Notes under the pieces: generated by a model
Databases searched by the model: none
Seen by the model: the letters and a program-made list of their open reading frames with translations, nothing else
Told to the model about the DNA's origin: nothing
In this document: positions 34,293-35,002 of the stretch, in pieces
Layout: the number at the start of each line of letters is the position of its first letter
Numbering within the stretch: position 1 is the stretch's first letter
Program-made: the position numbers and the translations under genes
Source of the DNA: a virus
Lineage: Duplodnaviria > Heunggongvirae > Uroviricota > Caudoviricetes
IMG/VR virus record: IMGVR_UViG_2534681936_000014
Location: 1-35,002 of that record
Length of the DNA: 35,002 bases
Strand: one strand, 5' to 3'

Positions 34293-34730
34293 TTAAGCGC
34301 GAACGATGGTCAGAGTATCCAGCAAACCTTTTTCGTATAATTCGAAACATGTTTTATATTGCTCAATCTTCCAACCGTAGCGGGTGATCTTATTCAGTAG
34401 AATAATCACGGTATTCTCATCTAGGTATTGTCCTTGCTTACCAATTACATATGACTCGCGGGATAGTCTCAGCTTACGGAAACCTTTAACACCTAATTCC
34501 TTAGCCACCGCTTTAATCTCGTTAATCTCACCTTCTGCGGCTACATATTCAGCGTCGATAATCTCAGTTGATGATCTCAGTGCTACCAGAACTAAGGCCA
34601 TTGCTTCTTCTTCGGTACGAGCAACACCAGCTTTCTCGAAAGTCATCTCACCAAATTTACGAGTCATAATATTGAACATTGTCTGTATTCCGTTTAAATC
34701 GGCGGGAATAGTACCAGCCAAATTAGACAT
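34293..34730 (-). CDS. Hypothetical protein (145 aa)
   Basis: ATG at 34730 overlapping the upstream TAA (TAATG coupling); no motif recognised. Confidence 0.5.
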   Translation of the reverse strand: MSNLAGTIPADLNGIQTMFNIMTRKFGEMTFEKAGVARTEEEAMALVLVALRSSTEIIDAEYVAAEGEINEIKAVAKELGVKGFRKLRLSRESYVIGKQGQYLDENTVIILLNKITRYGWKIEQYKTCFELYEKGLLDTLTIVRA

Positions 34731-35002
34731 TACTTCTTGCTGATAAACTCTTTAGCGATAAAGTTGATTACTTCTTTCAGCTTCTTGTCTGTATCGATGC
34801 ACGCTGGTAATTCTTCTTTAATATCCTGCGGCAGATACACATTGCCTTTAAAGTGGAGGAAACCATCATTACCAATCATGTAGGAGAACATCCATTCACA
34901 ATCGTTATCCGCTTCCCAGAACGCCACGGTCTCATCCCCAATCAAGGTAATGTCCATGTTGCGACGCGCTGCGTAGTTGATGATTGCTTTACCGATGTTC
35001 AT
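34730..35002 (-). CDS. Hypothetical protein (90 aa)
   Basis: ATG exactly at the window edge (35002-35000); apparently complete, but an upstream start outside the window cannot be excluded. Confidence 0.45.
   Translation of the reverse strand: MNIGKAIINYAARRNMDITLIGDETVAFWEADNDCEWMFSYMIGNDGFLHFKGNVYLPQDIKEELPACIDTDKKLKEVINFIAKEFISKK

Overview
The window reads as about 35 kb of a tailed dsDNA phage or prophage with a lambda-like siphovirus structural module; all calls rest on reading the sequence and ORF translations by eye, with no database search. Layout: (1) 1-7.9 kb, an early/accessory region with small genes on both strands, many rho-independent terminators with TTCG loops, and a 1.25 kb ORF-free stretch (3965-5211) carrying several repeat families. 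(2) 7.9-31.3 kb, a plus-strand late operon: large terminase, portal, a single ORF fusing prohead protease to major capsid protein, connector proteins, a 1141-aa tail fiber with a C-terminal S74-type chaperone domain, tail tube, G/T-like chaperone pair, tape measure, tail-tip proteins interrupted by a free-standing GIY-YIG homing endonuclease, a J-like central fiber, a small block of atypical codon usage, and an M15-type endolysin. (3) 31.5-35.0 kb, a minus-strand cassette with a large serine recombinase translationally coupled to a small secreted protein, plus other small secreted or membrane proteins. Most worth a second look: the repeat-rich non-coding hub, a three-gene family of small Hin-like HTH proteins, the recombinase cassette, the homing endonuclease insertion, and two coding-like in-frame extensions past stop codons. 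Many ORFs begin with a conserved ribosome-binding site AAGGGGTAA. No tRNA, rRNA or CRISPR array could be supported.
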